NCBI GenBank assembly: GCA_000004985.1
Contig: GG738908.1
DNA length: 64,000 nucleotides
Source: Naegleria gruberi
Taxonomy: Eukaryota
Reading direction: 5' to 3' (one strand)
The position numbers and the translations under genes were made by a program. Under the pieces are notes generated by a model that did no database searches, was not told where the DNA came from, and saw only the letters and a list, made by a program, of their open reading frames with translations. Below, one piece after another: positions 63,945 through 64,000 of this stretch (its first letter is position 1; every line of letters starts with the position of its first letter).

Positions 63945-64000
63945 GCTTACTTTTTTAACAGCAGGCACTAATTTGACAAATATTAAACGTTTCGTAAAAG

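Noticed and set aside
1-64000. Search for CRISPR arrays, prokaryotic operons, IS elements or long terminal repeats
   Set aside because: None seen. Gene structures (introns, monocistronic genes on both strands, eukaryotic tRNAs, tubulin/centrin/Atg12) are unambiguously eukaryotic. The only repeats are short coding microsatellites, the 108-bp local duplication and the duplicated tRNA-Ala unit.

Overview
This is a 64-kb window of an AT-rich eukaryotic nuclear genome, most likely an amoebozoan related to the dictyostelids. The evidence is AAT/TTA/CAA-rich codon usage, poly-N/Q/S tracts, GT..AG introns of only 41-90 nt, typical eukaryotic tRNA genes, and orthologues of Atg12, centrin, a divergent beta-tubulin and an AprA-like PhoPQ family protein. 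Intergenic DNA is only moderately AT-rich (about 60-65%) and spacers are short. There are about 40 protein-coding genes on both strands, many with 1-4 short introns that I reconstructed by hand from the ORF track. There are eight tRNA genes (Glu-UUC, Thr-AGU, Arg-UCU, Gln-UUG, Val-AAC, Ala-AGC twice, Lys-CUU) and one 3'-half tRNA-Val pseudogene. I see no CRISPR array, no prokaryotic operon and no obvious transposon.

The gene calls I trust most are an ABCC transporter, a PYROXD1-like flavoprotein, an ERCC6/PICH-like SNF2 ATPase, a FabH-type KAS III, a DCAF8-like WD40 protein, an RWP-RK transcription factor, a PLCXD phospholipase, a CE2-type SGNH esterase, a FAF2/UBXD8 UBX protein, a CASTOR/GATS homologue, a PPR protein, a multi-FF-domain protein, a vWA protein, an RCC1-repeat protein and a TMEM216-like tetraspan protein.

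The observations I would look at again are:
- A stand-alone T4 Rnl1-family RNA ligase at 14342..15779.
- A phage-type YqaJ/lambda-exonuclease-like nuclease at 24301..25521.
- A PF09820/PF08011-type 'AAA-ATPase-like + PD-(D/E)XK' protein with a novel N-terminal extension at 42293..44308.
- A ricin-B lectin plus PARP catalytic-domain gene at 31783..33028. Its catalytic C-terminus sits in another frame after a G5 homopolymer, and the gene is flanked by 108-bp direct repeats that include a duplicated 3' fragment of the neighbouring gene.
- A second homopolymer frameshift that splits an F-box/LRR gene around 60566..60570.
- A 9-nt microexon in the PhoPQ/AprA family gene at 8895..8903.
- A duplicated tRNA-Ala unit whose second copy has lost the G3:U70 identity pair.
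- A conserved 'aaTGTAAG' leader directly abutting six of eight tRNA genes.
- Clustered E2F-like TTGGCGC / TTTCCCGCC motifs upstream of the tubulin, centrin and PICH-like helicase genes.
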